Below, one piece after another: positions 29,653-40,281 of a DNA stretch of 64,000 nucleotides (position 1 is the first letter of the stretch; every line of letters begins with the position of its first letter). Both the position numbers and the translations under genes were made by a program. Under the pieces are notes generated by a model. It saw nothing but the letters and a program-made list of their open reading frames with translations, searched no databases and was not told where the DNA came from. This stretch comes from a bacterium (GTDB lineage: Bacteria > UBA8248), in contig CBDATS010000002.1 in NCBI GenBank assembly GCA_965200245.1, positions 256,001 to 320,000 of the forward strand, in the 5' to 3' direction.

Positions 29653-30081
29653 ATGAAGCGAAACAGATTTCACCTGGCCGGGGCCGTGCCTTGGCGGAAA
29701 ACGGAAGAGGGATTGGAAATCCTGCTCATCACGACACGCGACAGGCCCGTGGACGAAGACTATCTCTGGTGGATAGTGCCCCAGGGCGGCGTGGAACCGG
29801 GGCAGACCGCCCGGGAGGCCGCCATCGTCGAAACATGGGAAGAGGCGGGTGTTCGCGGCGTGGTGTCGCAGGAACCATTCGCATACTATGAATATCCTAC
29901 CGGCATGGGAAAGTGCCGGGTCGACATCTTCGAGTTGGAAGTCGAAGTCGTCGAGGACGATTGGCCCGAGAGCCACGAGCGAAAGCGCGTCTGGCTCTCT
30001 GCCGCGGACGCCCTTGAGGCGATTTCCGGGGATACGCTCAGAAACATCCTGGAAGAATTTGTCCGCATAAACGGGGACTAG
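29653..30081 (+). CDS. NUDIX hydrolase
   Basis: GGVEPGQTAREAAIVETWEEAGV Nudix box; WPE..ERKRVW. Confidence 0.9.
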   Translation: MKRNRFHLAGAVPWRKTEEGLEILLITTRDRPVDEDYLWWIVPQGGVEPGQTAREAAIVETWEEAGVRGVVSQEPFAYYEYPTGMGKCRVDIFELEVEVVEDDWPESHERKRVWLSAADALEAISGDTLRNILEEFVRINGD

Positions 30082-30462
30082 ATTTTTCGCGCCGCGATGA
30101 GCGTGCGATTGCAGTGCAGATACAAGGGCGCAGCCGAAAAACCGGCAGCCTCAAGCCATTCGAGTTGCTCACCCGGACTTGCGGGACAATCCCCCTTCCC
30201 ATCATATCGCTCTCGATTCTCGATATTCCTGAAACGTCATCGACACATCCAAATCATGACTGAGGCGATTCCAGACGCGCTCATATTCTTCGGGCAAGTC
30301 GTCGAAGCGCATCTCAAACCTGTCGAGGAAATAAAACGCGCCGCCCGGACGAAGGAATTCGAATACCATATTGTTGATTCGCCCGATCGGGATTGTCCCG
30401 CCTGACGTTCACCTTGTCCCAACTTCTGGCGAACCCCTTCTCCCCCCAGGCGTCTTTCGCCA

Positions 30463-31845
30463 TCAAACGGCCTTGCACGCGTTTATCAATGCACTCGCGT
30501 CGGGCGCCATCTCGAACGTCAGGCCAGCCTCCACGGCGGCGTCGAACTTGTGTTCGGGCAGGACACGGCTTGCGTTTCCCCGGAATTTGGCCTCCACATC
30601 CGCCGATCCCATCGGGTTTTCGGGGTTGCCCCAGTTGACGGGTTCATCGCGTTCCAGGACACGGCCATCCCTGAGCATCATCCGCACACCACCATGCAGG
30701 TATTTGGGAAATCTCTCAGAATCCACGCTCGTACACCTCACCTTTCCGGCAAGTTCGAGCACCTGCGCGTCGCCCAAATGCTCTTCCTCGAAATCATCAA
30801 GCGTGGCACGGCCCTTCACCACGTTCACTGCAAGACAATAGGGCAGGCTGAAAAGCGCCGCATACTGTGTGTTGGGTCTTCGCTTGTGCTCGATGGGTTC
30901 GCACACGATGTGGAGGATCGGATCGGGCGTGATGGTCTCGATATCCACGATCTCATCGAGAGATATTCCCGCCTCGCGTACCAGGTTCTTCGCCGCATCC
31001 ATCGTCGCGTGATTGAAATGGCAGCAGGGATAGGGTTTGAACGAAATGCGCAGTGTCTCCCAGCGCTCCCCGAGGCCGCCTGCCAGGATGTCCTCATCGC
31101 AGGAAGGATCGCCTAAATGCGTAGCGTAAAGACCGAACCTGCCTTCCAATACCTTTCGGGGACCCATGAATCCATGCCCCGCCATCTGTGCGGCGGTGAC
31201 GCCTGCATGAGAGGCCCAACCCGGATGAAAGCGCTTCACCCAACTCCCGTCGTCCAGAAATTCCTGAATCCCCGCTGCCTGGCTCCCGCAAACGCCGAAT
31301 GCGTTGGCGATGACCTCCGGCGAGTGGTTCATCAGACGCCCCATGATGGCCGCCGCCCCGAAGGCACCGCAAATCGGCGTGGCGTGGTAGCCCTCTGCGT
31401 GAAACGCTCCCGGCACTGCGCCTCCGATTCTGGCAATGACCTCATAACCCGCCACCATTGCCGCCAGTATCTCCCGCCCGCTCGCGCCTGCGGCCTCGCC
31501 CGCCGCCAGAGCCGTGGGTACCACGCAGGCACTCATGTGGGTGATGGAATCCGTATGGGTGTCGTCGAAATCAAGACCGTGTACGTAGCTTCCGTTCACC
31601 ATGGCAGCATGGGCAACGGGCAGTCTGTCCCCGTAACGCCAGACGGTTGCCTGGGGCGAACCGCCCCAATCACGCGCCGTTTTCGTAACAGCATCGGCGT
31701 AGGGCTCGCGCGTTGCGGCCAAGCCTATCCCCAGTGCGTCCAATAAATGCAGTTTCGCCTTTTCAATCACTTGCCCTGGAATGTCCTCGTAAGACAGGCC
31801 GGCGGCGAAACGCGCCAGTTTGTCGCTCATGGTTTCCATGTTCAT
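30463..31845 (-). CDS. MmgE/PrpD family protein
   Basis: HGLDFDDTH, KRFHPG, FKPYPCCH. Confidence 0.92.
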   Translation of the reverse strand: MNMETMSDKLARFAAGLSYEDIPGQVIEKAKLHLLDALGIGLAATREPYADAVTKTARDWGGSPQATVWRYGDRLPVAHAAMVNGSYVHGLDFDDTHTDSITHMSACVVPTALAAGEAAGASGREILAAMVAGYEVIARIGGAVPGAFHAEGYHATPICGAFGAAAIMGRLMNHSPEVIANAFGVCGSQAAGIQEFLDDGSWVKRFHPGWASHAGVTAAQMAGHGFMGPRKVLEGRFGLYATHLGDPSCDEDILAGGLGERWETLRISFKPYPCCHFNHATMDAAKNLVREAGISLDEIVDIETITPDPILHIVCEPIEHKRRPNTQYAALFSLPYCLAVNVVKGRATLDDFEEEHLGDAQVLELAGKVRCTSVDSERFPKYLHGGVRMMLRDGRVLERDEPVNWGNPENPMGSADVEAKFRGNASRVLPEHKFDAAVEAGLTFEMAPDASALINACKAV

Positions 31846-31871
31846 CTCCTGGTCTTGAATCCCGTCCGCCT

Positions 31872-33239
31872 TTATGCGAGATGCCCTGCCAGCTTATCCA
31901 TCGTCTCGATATAATCCAGAGCCAGGGCGGCGTCCACCAGCGCGTCCTGTGCGTCGGGCGAAATCACGCCGCCCGTAATCTGTTTGAATTTCTGCACCAC
32001 CATATCGAAATCCATCGGATTCTGAGGCGAGCCCTTTGGGCCCTCGACACGGCTATGCAACTCGCGTCCATCGCGAGTGCGAATCGCCACCCTGGCGGGA
32101 AAGGTTCTGGGATAGAGTCTTTCGATTTCCGGGTCCACCGTGAATCGCGCCCGCCGCGCGAGCGCCACTAACCCGGGGTCGGCAATGCGTTCGGGCGTGA
32201 ACTGGCCGGGCCCCGCCTCTCCGTCGGTGAGCGCCACCGCGGCGCAATACTCGATATTCATCTGTGCACGCAGGGAACTCACCGGCTCGTAGCGCCACGA
32301 ACACTGCTGTTTCACCAGGCTATGGTTCATGATTTCCATTTCCTGCACGTCATCGGGTGTGACGCCATGCTCCCTGCGGAGCGCGAGAACGGCGTCGATG
32401 GTCGAATGCGTGCTCCCGCAGCAGCAATATGGTTTGAAAGAAACCCCCTCCGTCTCCCAATGTGCGCCCAAGTCCCTCGTCAACGACTCAGGATCCCCAC
32501 AGTCGCTGAACGCCCTCAGGAAACCACCGTCTTCATATTCGAAAATCTCCTGGGGACCGGTATAGCCGCCCTTCGCCAGGGAAGCGGCCATGAGGCCGCT
32601 TTGGGCCGCGCGGCCCGCGTGAAAACGCTTCGTCTCCGAGCCGTCGCATTGAAATGCCCACGTCCCGGCCCCCTGGGTTCCCGCAAGCCCAAGTGCGTTG
32701 GCCGTCTGTTCGGGCGTCAGGCCCATCATATGCGCAGCCGCAGCTCCTGCACCAAATGGCCCGCAAAGACCTGTCAAATGAAATCCACGCCTGCGGACCT
32801 CCAGGGAATCTGCGGCGATGCTCGCGCGGATCATGGACTCATAGCCGACTGCGCAGGCGGTCATGAACGTCCTGCCGCTCGCTCTCGTTTTCTCGGCAAG
32901 CGGAAATGCGGCGGCAAACACCACCGCGCCCGGATGGAGCTTCGCACCGCTGTGGTAGTCATCGAGTTCGAACGCGTGCATCCAGGTGCCGAGACAAAGC
33001 GCCAGGGGTCCCACAGGCCCGCGCCAACCGGTTTTCCAAAGGGCCGCTTCCGCGTTTCCGCCCTGTTCCCGAACGAAACGTGCCAGTATTCTTCCTGATT
33101 CCGTGGTCACGCCATAGAGACCGCATCCGACCGCGTCCAGGAAATATTTCCGCATGCAGGCGCGCAGGTTACCGGATAGGTCGCTATGGGAAGTTTCGCT
33201 GATGAATCGCGCGAGCTCGCGTGTGTGGCCGTTCATCAT
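31872..33239 (-). CDS. MmgE/PrpD family protein
   Basis: HAFELDDYH, KRFHAG, FKPYCCC, PKGSPQNP. Confidence 0.92.
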   Translation of the reverse strand: MMNGHTRELARFISETSHSDLSGNLRACMRKYFLDAVGCGLYGVTTESGRILARFVREQGGNAEAALWKTGWRGPVGPLALCLGTWMHAFELDDYHSGAKLHPGAVVFAAAFPLAEKTRASGRTFMTACAVGYESMIRASIAADSLEVRRRGFHLTGLCGPFGAGAAAAHMMGLTPEQTANALGLAGTQGAGTWAFQCDGSETKRFHAGRAAQSGLMAASLAKGGYTGPQEIFEYEDGGFLRAFSDCGDPESLTRDLGAHWETEGVSFKPYCCCGSTHSTIDAVLALRREHGVTPDDVQEMEIMNHSLVKQQCSWRYEPVSSLRAQMNIEYCAAVALTDGEAGPGQFTPERIADPGLVALARRARFTVDPEIERLYPRTFPARVAIRTRDGRELHSRVEGPKGSPQNPMDFDMVVQKFKQITGGVISPDAQDALVDAALALDYIETMDKLAGHLA

Positions 33240-33243
33240 CACC

Positions 33244-34122
33244 TCACTGCCTAGGCAGGTATTCCGCTTCCATGGCGTGATACGCATCGTAATCGAGAAG
33301 ACGGTAGAGTTCCTTGCGCGTCATCATGCTGTCCAGGTAATCCGCCATCGTGCCCTTTTCTTTCAGTTCATCGAGCAGCAATTCACCCGCCTTGAGCATC
33401 GCGCGCATGATGCTCACCGGAAACAAAACGAGTTTATACCCCATCCGTTCAAAACCGGTCTTGGAGATATGGGGCGTCTTGCCGAACTCCGTCATGTTGG
33501 CCAGCAACGGACCCGGGCAGCGCTCGGCGTACTCGGCGAACTCATCGCGCGTCTCAAGCGCTTCGATGAATATGATGTCCGCCCCTGCGTCAAGAGCGGC
33601 GTTGCCGCGCTCGACGGCCTCGTCCATCCCGTAGACATACCTGGCGTCGATTCGCGCCATGACTGCGAAATCCGGATCCTCTCGATGGGCCACGGCGGCG
33701 CGGATTTTCCCGATAAACTCCTCGCGGCTCACAACCTGTTTGCCGTCCAGATGACCGCAGCGCTTGGGCAGAACCTGATCTTCAATTTGAATGCACGCAA
33801 CGCCCGCCCTTTCAAAATCGCGCACCGTGCGTACCACGTTCACCGCGTTGCCGTAGCCGGTGTCCACATCCACCACAAGCGGGATATCCACGGCGTCGGC
33901 CATGTATCTCGCGTTCATGAGAACTTCGCTGAATAATGACGCCAGACCGTTGTCGGGCAACCCTGCCAAGGCGTTCACGACGCCTGCTCCCGACATGTAG
34001 ACGGCCTCGAATCCCTTGGAGGCAATGAGCCTGGCAGTCAGCGCGTCATGCGCGCCGGGGATGATGGTCGCCCCCGGCCGTTCGAGAATTTTTCTGAATT
34101 TTTTTCGTTCCGAACCGGGCAT
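33244..34122 (-). CDS. prpB: Isocitrate lyase/PEP mutase family protein (methylisocitrate lyase-like)
   Basis: DVDTGYG, IEDQVLPKRCGH, ANMTEFGKTP. Confidence 0.8.
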   Translation of the reverse strand: MPGSERKKFRKILERPGATIIPGAHDALTARLIASKGFEAVYMSGAGVVNALAGLPDNGLASLFSEVLMNARYMADAVDIPLVVDVDTGYGNAVNVVRTVRDFERAGVACIQIEDQVLPKRCGHLDGKQVVSREEFIGKIRAAVAHREDPDFAVMARIDARYVYGMDEAVERGNAALDAGADIIFIEALETRDEFAEYAERCPGPLLANMTEFGKTPHISKTGFERMGYKLVLFPVSIMRAMLKAGELLLDELKEKGTMADYLDSMMTRKELYRLLDYDAYHAMEAEYLPRQ

Positions 34123-34362
34123 GTCCCCTTCCTTTCCGGGAAAATTCCTGCGCTCCGGCGACAATCGCCTTCTCGCCGAACGTCATCTTGCTGTTGATAT
34201 ACAAGAACTTACCCACGGCCATCGATTCCAGGCAAGCACCCTTTATTCTGTCACATCAACCGATGGTGTCGCCATAGACCGGGGCCGAATCTTCCTTGAC
34301 AGGCAACCGAGTAAAAGTGGCATAATTCCCGTTTTATCCAGTTAGCCTCTGGGGAATTCTCT

Positions 34363-34899
34363 ATGACGGATAAATCGGAAAACCTGAGTTTCGACGAAAG
34401 ATACAAGGAAGAAGCCCGTGTAAACCCCGACCTCAAGCGAGCTCTGGAACTCTTTGACCAAGGCGGAATCGCTCATGAGGAAGGAGACCTCAACAAGGCC
34501 ATCGAGTTGTACCGGAATTCCATCGCCTCCTACCCCACTGCGGACGCGCATACCTTTCTGGGCTGGATGTACAGCAAACAGGGCAGATTCGAGGAAGCCA
34601 TCGAGGAGTGCCACATAGCTATCGAGGTCGACGATGAATTAGGGAATCCCTACAACGACATCGGCTCTTATCTCATGCAGTTGGGTGAATACGACGAGGC
34701 GGCCGAGTGGCTTGAGAAGGCGAAGTCAGCGCCGAGATACAAGCGGCGCCATTACCCCTACATAAATCTCGGGCGCATCTACCTTCGGAAAAAAGAATAC
34801 GGCAAGGCACAGGGCGAGATTTACCAGGCTATCAGGCGTGCCCCCGAAATGGAAGATCTGAAAAAGAACTTTCTGGATCTGGTGTCGATACTCAACTAG
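34363..34899 (+). CDS. Tetratricopeptide repeat protein
   Basis: AHTFLGW, GNPYNDIG, YINLGRIY TPR-like repeats. Confidence 0.85.
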   Translation: MTDKSENLSFDERYKEEARVNPDLKRALELFDQGGIAHEEGDLNKAIELYRNSIASYPTADAHTFLGWMYSKQGRFEEAIEECHIAIEVDDELGNPYNDIGSYLMQLGEYDEAAEWLEKAKSAPRYKRRHYPYINLGRIYLRKKEYGKAQGEIYQAIRRAPEMEDLKKNFLDLVSILN

Positions 34900-34913
34900 A
34901 AATCAACCCACGA

Positions 34914-34942
34914 AAAAAGCCGGCCCTGAGGACCGGCTTTTT
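34914..34942. terminator. Bidirectional intrinsic terminator
   Basis: AAAAAGCCGG...CCGGCTTTTT between convergent genes. Confidence 0.75.
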
Positions 34943-34961
34943 CCTTTTTCGCGCCTGACAC

Positions 34962-35414
34962 CTAGCCGGGAATCTTCTCCCTGCTGTCTTCTTCCATCCA
35001 TTCGTTTTCCACATAAATCGTTCTGGCAGCATCGCGGTTCGGGCAATTGCCATATGTAAAGACGAGTTCGGCGTCCTCGGTCTCGCTCGGGTTGTAGAGG
35101 CCGTGAATTTCGCCAGCCGCACAATAGACGAACGTACCCGAGGGCACTGTATGCTCTTCCCTGTCCTCTCCCATCCAGACGATGATCGGGCCCTTGACGA
35201 TGTAGAACGTAGCGTCGCACACGTGGTAGTGCCTCTGGTTGCGGCCCTTGGGGGGAATGATTGTGCGCCCCATCGTGATGGTCTGCGTGCCCGTGGAGTG
35301 ACTGTCCACGCCCCATGCGATGATGAGGGGCGGCTCGTACTTCTTGTCAACACCGATGGCCGTCGAGTCGATGAGACACCAGCGCTGTTTCGTGGGTGCG
35401 GATATGACTGACAT
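34962..35414 (-). CDS. Cupin domain protein
   Basis: RHYH..D..FYIVKG...GEIHGLYN. Confidence 0.8.
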   Translation of the reverse strand: MSVISAPTKQRWCLIDSTAIGVDKKYEPPLIIAWGVDSHSTGTQTITMGRTIIPPKGRNQRHYHVCDATFYIVKGPIIVWMGEDREEHTVPSGTFVYCAAGEIHGLYNPSETEDAELVFTYGNCPNRDAARTIYVENEWMEEDSREKIPG

Positions 35415-35524
35415 GAATACTCCTTTTGTTTGGAAACGATATGAAATACCCATTCTCTTGAAGGCTGCCCAATCTAGTCTTTCGTTCCCTTGAGCGCAAG
35501 GGCAGGACCGCAGCGGCCGGGAAC

Positions 35525-36538
35525 TCACCCTTCCAGAAACAACTGCACCTCGCTCAAGAGTTCCATCCTGCGCTTTTCCAGTTCCATGAAATGCGTGCCG
35601 TCATTGATGATGACGTAACGCTTGCCGCGACTGTTGCGGAGGGCCTGATACAATCCCCAGGCTTCCGGGTCGGCCGAGGCGCCGTCCTGATCACCCCTGA
35701 TGAGCAGCACGGGACACGTTATCCTGCCCGCATCATAGAGAGGTATGTTTCTCGCCCGGTCGTACAGATCAGCGAATGACCCATTCGCCAGCCGGAATCC
35801 GGGCGTATTCCGCACGGCACCTTCCGGGTCATAGCGCAGAAGTTCCCGGAAATATGTCTTGACCACCCTGGGTTCGCGCCATCTGTGATGGGAGTCTCCC
35901 GGCAAATGGCCCCACCAGCGATGGTGCACGTCTTTTTCCGTGCACCAGGACCACGCGCCTCGCCTCGCGTCGAATTCGCCGGGTTTTCGGGGGTCTTCCA
36001 TCTGCCTCGCGCGGGCAGGGTTGTCATAAGCGTAGTACGGCGCGTAAAGAACGAGTTTGTGCACATGCTTCATATTGTCGGCTGCATAGGCAGGCCCCGT
36101 CGTCGTACCCCAGGAACGACCCAGAATACCGAGCTTGTTTACCCCACGCAGTCGGCGGATGAATTTGACCGCCGCCTCGATATCCTTCACGGCCACTTTG
36201 CCCGGAATCGCGGGCGGTTTCCCCCTGGGGCTCTCGCGCATCTCCGACGGCCATGTCGATTCCCCAAAACCCCGAATCGAGAGCGAGAAGACGTCGAACC
36301 CGCGCGAGGCGATGTAATCCATCCACGAATAGCCGGGAACCGGAAGATCATAGGCAACGGGGCCAGGCGCCATCCGCCCGTGCACCATGAGGAGCGTGGC
36401 CTCATCATCGAATTTCCTCTTGCCTTTGGGGCGTTTTTCCCTCAGGTGCAATGTGATGCCGGGATCAGTTGAATCGATGTAGTGATCGATCCGCTCCACT
36501 CCCTTCGAAGCCACGTGCTTTCCCGGGGAAGCGTTCAA
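35525..36538 (-). CDS. Alpha/beta fold hydrolase
   Basis: VHG, RGFGES, GRSWG nucleophile elbow, GDQD, GTHF. Confidence 0.88.
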   Translation of the reverse strand: MNASPGKHVASKGVERIDHYIDSTDPGITLHLREKRPKGKRKFDDEATLLMVHGRMAPGPVAYDLPVPGYSWMDYIASRGFDVFSLSIRGFGESTWPSEMRESPRGKPPAIPGKVAVKDIEAAVKFIRRLRGVNKLGILGRSWGTTTGPAYAADNMKHVHKLVLYAPYYAYDNPARARQMEDPRKPGEFDARRGAWSWCTEKDVHHRWWGHLPGDSHHRWREPRVVKTYFRELLRYDPEGAVRNTPGFRLANGSFADLYDRARNIPLYDAGRITCPVLLIRGDQDGASADPEAWGLYQALRNSRGKRYVIINDGTHFMELEKRRMELLSEVQLFLEG

Positions 36539-36550
36539 GTCCTGATCACC

Positions 36551-37501
36551 CTAGTTTTTCAGATGGGAATAATCTTGGGTATAGGCGGGCGGAAGCGCGC
36601 CACCCTGGCCCTGAATAACGTGGAGCTTGCCCCATCCCCGGCCAGAATTGCGGAATCCCCGCTGCACGCCCGCCGGCGCCCAGCACATGTCCCATGGTTC
36701 GAGCACCGCCTGATGCGATTCCCCTATCTCATCCACCCAGAACACCGTCCAGTCGCTTTCAAGAGGAATGAAGGCTTCCTCCAGATCGGGATGATCGTGA
36801 AGCGGAGCGCCGGAACCCACACGGTTTTCATTGATGACAAAGGAGAATTCCCCCTCCGACAAAGACGGGGGCGGACCTGCGCCCTCGAGTTCGCCGCCCA
36901 CGTGTCCCACATAGCGGCGAATCCCGCGAACGCCCTCAGGCAGGGAGGACTCATGATACACCTGAAAATTCATGGGGCACTCATCGTAACGAACCATCTG
37001 GGTGAAGGGGTCGACGAGAGCGGGACCGTCGATGACCGATCCCTCCCCTTCTCCCTCGAATACGGGTGGCTCGTATGCCCCGCGACCGTGGATATAGTAG
37101 AGAAAACCATCCGTATCGCCCGAGTTTCTGTACCCGCGCATGACGCCCGCCGGCATCCGGATGGCGTCGTAGAGTCCGAGTTCGACGCTTTTTCTCCCTC
37201 CATCGCGCGGATCTATCCAGAAGACTTCGAACCCGCCCTCCCAAACCATGAAAACCTCTTCGAACCCATGGCTGTGCAGCGGCGCGCCGTTTCCCGGAGG
37301 CGCCATCACGATTCCGTTGGCGAATTCCCAGCCGGGGAGCGCCGCCTTCGGTTCCCTGTCGCGAGGCCCTCCGACATAGCGATAAACGGCCCGGTGATGT
37401 CCCTCTTCTCGGGCGTCGGGCGATGAATCCCAATCGGGCATAATCTCGGCAAACCGGATAATCGTGGTGGGCACGGCCCTGGAAGTGTGTATGGTCATCA
37501 T
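36551..37501 (-). CDS. Bicupin protein
   Basis: Two repeats: GAPLHSH..EEVF...GVMRGYRN and GAPLHDH..EEAF...GVQRGFRN. Confidence 0.82.
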   Translation of the reverse strand: MMTIHTSRAVPTTIIRFAEIMPDWDSSPDAREEGHHRAVYRYVGGPRDREPKAALPGWEFANGIVMAPPGNGAPLHSHGFEEVFMVWEGGFEVFWIDPRDGGRKSVELGLYDAIRMPAGVMRGYRNSGDTDGFLYYIHGRGAYEPPVFEGEGEGSVIDGPALVDPFTQMVRYDECPMNFQVYHESSLPEGVRGIRRYVGHVGGELEGAGPPPSLSEGEFSFVINENRVGSGAPLHDHPDLEEAFIPLESDWTVFWVDEIGESHQAVLEPWDMCWAPAGVQRGFRNSGRGWGKLHVIQGQGGALPPAYTQDYSHLKN

Positions 37502-37524
37502 TAAGCCCCCTCGTCGATACAAGG

Positions 37525-38880
37525 TTATGGAAGCGTCGCGCCTTGGTACACGCCTTCCGCCCCATACGCCTCGTCGAGCAGGACAACGGGATGCACCACC
37601 CGAAGGTCCATGTTCCGCTCGCGGGCACCGAATGCAATCTGAATCTGACAACCGGGGTTGCCCGTGCAGACCACGGGCGCGCCTGCATTCTTCACGTGCC
37701 CCATTTTCCTGTCGAGAAGCTGCATCGAAATCTCGGTTTGCGTGAGATTGTAGCTGCCTGCGGAGCCACAGCACCAATCGCTTTCCCGGAGTGGCGTCGT
37801 CTCGACGTTTCGAATCGCGGAGAGAACCTCAAGCGGTTCCTTGCGGACCTTGAGTGCGTGAAACAGATGACACGGATGGTGATACGCGATTTTTTGGGGC
37901 GAGGGGTGGTGCGCATTCCGTACACCGATTCTGGAGAGAAACACGGTGACGTCCATCGCCTTCTCGCTGAACGCTTCCGCCCGTCTCGCGTAGGCGGGGT
38001 CATTCGCGAGCAAATCCTTGTATTCATACAGCATGGCCCCGCAGCCGGAAACAGCCAGGATGACGGCGTCAAACCCGTCTGCGTCGATAGCGTCCAGGTT
38101 CTCGCGTGCAAGGATTCTTGCAGCCTCCCTGTCGCCGGCATGAGCCTGCAGCGCGCCACAGCATGTCTGATCGTCGGGAACCACCACCCGTACCCCGTTC
38201 GCCGCCAACGCGCGTATGGCGGCCCGGTTCACGTCACCGAACAGGGTGGATTGAATGCACCCCCCGAAAAAGGCAACGCGGTGTTTTTCCTCCCCGATGG
38301 GAGCAATTTCGGCGGGCAGGGCCCGCATCGAGGATATGGGAGGAGCTTCGGGCATCATGGGTTCAAGATCCGCCAGTTTCCTGGGCAACAGGCGCAAACC
38401 CCTCACCACGTTTTTCAAAAAAGTGGTCTGATACAACCTTGCGGCCGCACCAGCCAGGTTGAGCAATGCCCTGTTCGGCAAAAGCCACCGAAAGAGAAAC
38501 CTTCTCAAAATCCGCTCCGAAAGGGAGCGTTTTCGTACCTTTTCGAGTCCCTCGCGTGCCGCTTCTATCAATGAGCCGTAGGGCACGCCGGATGGACACG
38601 CGGTTTCGCAGGCACGGCAGTCCAGGCAGCGATCTAGGTGTTTCATCACCGTCTCGTCGGGGGCCATCTCGCCGTCCGTCACCAGGCGCATGAGGTAGAT
38701 TCTGCCGCGTGGAGAATCCATCTCGTTGCCAAGTAACGTGAACGTGGGGCAACTCGTGCCGCAGAACCCGCAATGGATGCAACGCTGAATCATCTCCCTG
38801 TCGGGAGCGTCCGGGCCGACGAAGGGATTCTCGTATTCAGGAAAAATCTGCGCGTGACTTGATTTCCGGTCCGTGGCCAC
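37525..38880 (-). CDS. glcF: Glycolate oxidase iron-sulfur subunit
   Basis: CIHCGFCGTSCPT, CLDCRACETACPSGV, two CCG motifs. Confidence 0.92.
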   Translation of the reverse strand: MATDRKSSHAQIFPEYENPFVGPDAPDREMIQRCIHCGFCGTSCPTFTLLGNEMDSPRGRIYLMRLVTDGEMAPDETVMKHLDRCLDCRACETACPSGVPYGSLIEAAREGLEKVRKRSLSERILRRFLFRWLLPNRALLNLAGAAARLYQTTFLKNVVRGLRLLPRKLADLEPMMPEAPPISSMRALPAEIAPIGEEKHRVAFFGGCIQSTLFGDVNRAAIRALAANGVRVVVPDDQTCCGALQAHAGDREAARILARENLDAIDADGFDAVILAVSGCGAMLYEYKDLLANDPAYARRAEAFSEKAMDVTVFLSRIGVRNAHHPSPQKIAYHHPCHLFHALKVRKEPLEVLSAIRNVETTPLRESDWCCGSAGSYNLTQTEISMQLLDRKMGHVKNAGAPVVCTGNPGCQIQIAFGARERNMDLRVVHPVVLLDEAYGAEGVYQGATLP

Positions 38881-38894
38881 CTGGCGCTTTCCTC

Positions 38895-40274
38895 CTACAT
38901 TCGGCCCACGAAGCGGCCGGGACTCAAAATCCCTTTGGGGTCATAGGTTTTCTTGATGTTGCGCATTACCTGCAGCGCCGGGGGATCGAGCCCTTCCTCA
39001 CCCCATACGGATATCTGTTCCCTGAACGAGTCAGGCCCCGAATCCATGCGAAGGTGAACCGAGCGGGCTTGCCCCTGATTCCTCCCCTCCCGGCAAAGGG
39101 AAGAGAATACGCGCCACGCCTCGAGCGGAGAGGATGCCTCATCCTCGGGCGCGAACCAACTGCGCAGCACCCCGCTTCCTGCGTGGGCCGAGATGGCGCA
39201 GCGATATTTTCCGGCCCCGGCAGCCCGTCTCGTGGCCTCAGCGAAACGGGGGAGTTGATCGAACCGACCCGAAGCCCGGAAGGCGAGCGCCTCGGAACCC
39301 GAGAATTCCCCTCCCGGCGGATCGGCCAGAGCGGGGCCCAGACGCGAGGTTTCCCCATCATCAAGACACAAAAAGTCGTCTACTCCTTCTTTCGCGAGAA
39401 TTTCCTCGAAACGCGCCATCTGATCGTTCAGTCCTTCTTCAAAGTCTCCGAAAGCAGCAACCAGACCTACGGGGCCGGGCAAGGCGATGCCACTTTCCAA
39501 TGCAAGCAATGCAATGCGCGATTCGTCCAGAACTTCCACCCAAACGGGCATGAGGGGCGAAGCCATCAAGGCGCGAGCGGCCTTGAACGCAGCGTCTGTA
39601 GACGCAAAACCGGCTCCCCTCGCTCCAATGCGATCCGACGTCTTGTACAGGCGAATCGCCAACTCGGTAACGACGGCCAGCGTCCCCCAGCTTCCCGACA
39701 GGAGGCGGTTCATGTCGTAGCCAGTGACATTTTTCACCACCAATGCACCGTAGGTATGGGTCACGCCGTCTGACAAAGCCACCTTCATGCGCATCACCCG
39801 GTCGCGCGCCTTGCCCCAGCGCACCCGCATGGGACCCGAACGATCAGCGATAATGGTTCCCCCCACGGTGGAGGTTTCCGGATGTGGCGGGTCGAGGCCC
39901 GCCGTCTGGCCCTCTGCCCCCGTCAATCTATTGAGATCCTCGACACTCATGCCTGCCTCGACGACGGCCGTGAGGTCGTCTTTCAGAAATTCAACCGCCT
40001 TTGACATGCGTCTCAGAGAGAGCGCCACATCGTACCTCTCGGGCGTATATCCCGTTCTGCTTCCTGTTCCTCCTCCATAGGGAAATACAGCCAGGTCCGC
40101 TTCGTTCGCGCGAGCGAGAACATGGCAAAGGGTTTCGTGATCGGCAGGACTCACCACGACCGAGGGCGTTTTGTCACCCAGCCGGAAGGGTTCCGTATCT
40201 TCACCAGACAATAGAACGGAATCACCGAAATCTGCTTCTATGGATTGAGCGAACGAATCGATTTTGAGAGCCAT
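38895..40274 (-). CDS. glcE: Glycolate oxidase FAD-binding subunit
   Basis: VVKNVTGYD, GSWGTL, KKTYDPKGILSPGR. Confidence 0.88.
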   Translation of the reverse strand: MALKIDSFAQSIEADFGDSVLLSGEDTEPFRLGDKTPSVVVSPADHETLCHVLARANEADLAVFPYGGGTGSRTGYTPERYDVALSLRRMSKAVEFLKDDLTAVVEAGMSVEDLNRLTGAEGQTAGLDPPHPETSTVGGTIIADRSGPMRVRWGKARDRVMRMKVALSDGVTHTYGALVVKNVTGYDMNRLLSGSWGTLAVVTELAIRLYKTSDRIGARGAGFASTDAAFKAARALMASPLMPVWVEVLDESRIALLALESGIALPGPVGLVAAFGDFEEGLNDQMARFEEILAKEGVDDFLCLDDGETSRLGPALADPPGGEFSGSEALAFRASGRFDQLPRFAEATRRAAGAGKYRCAISAHAGSGVLRSWFAPEDEASSPLEAWRVFSSLCREGRNQGQARSVHLRMDSGPDSFREQISVWGEEGLDPPALQVMRNIKKTYDPKGILSPGRFVGRM

Positions 40275-40281
40275 GGGTTTC

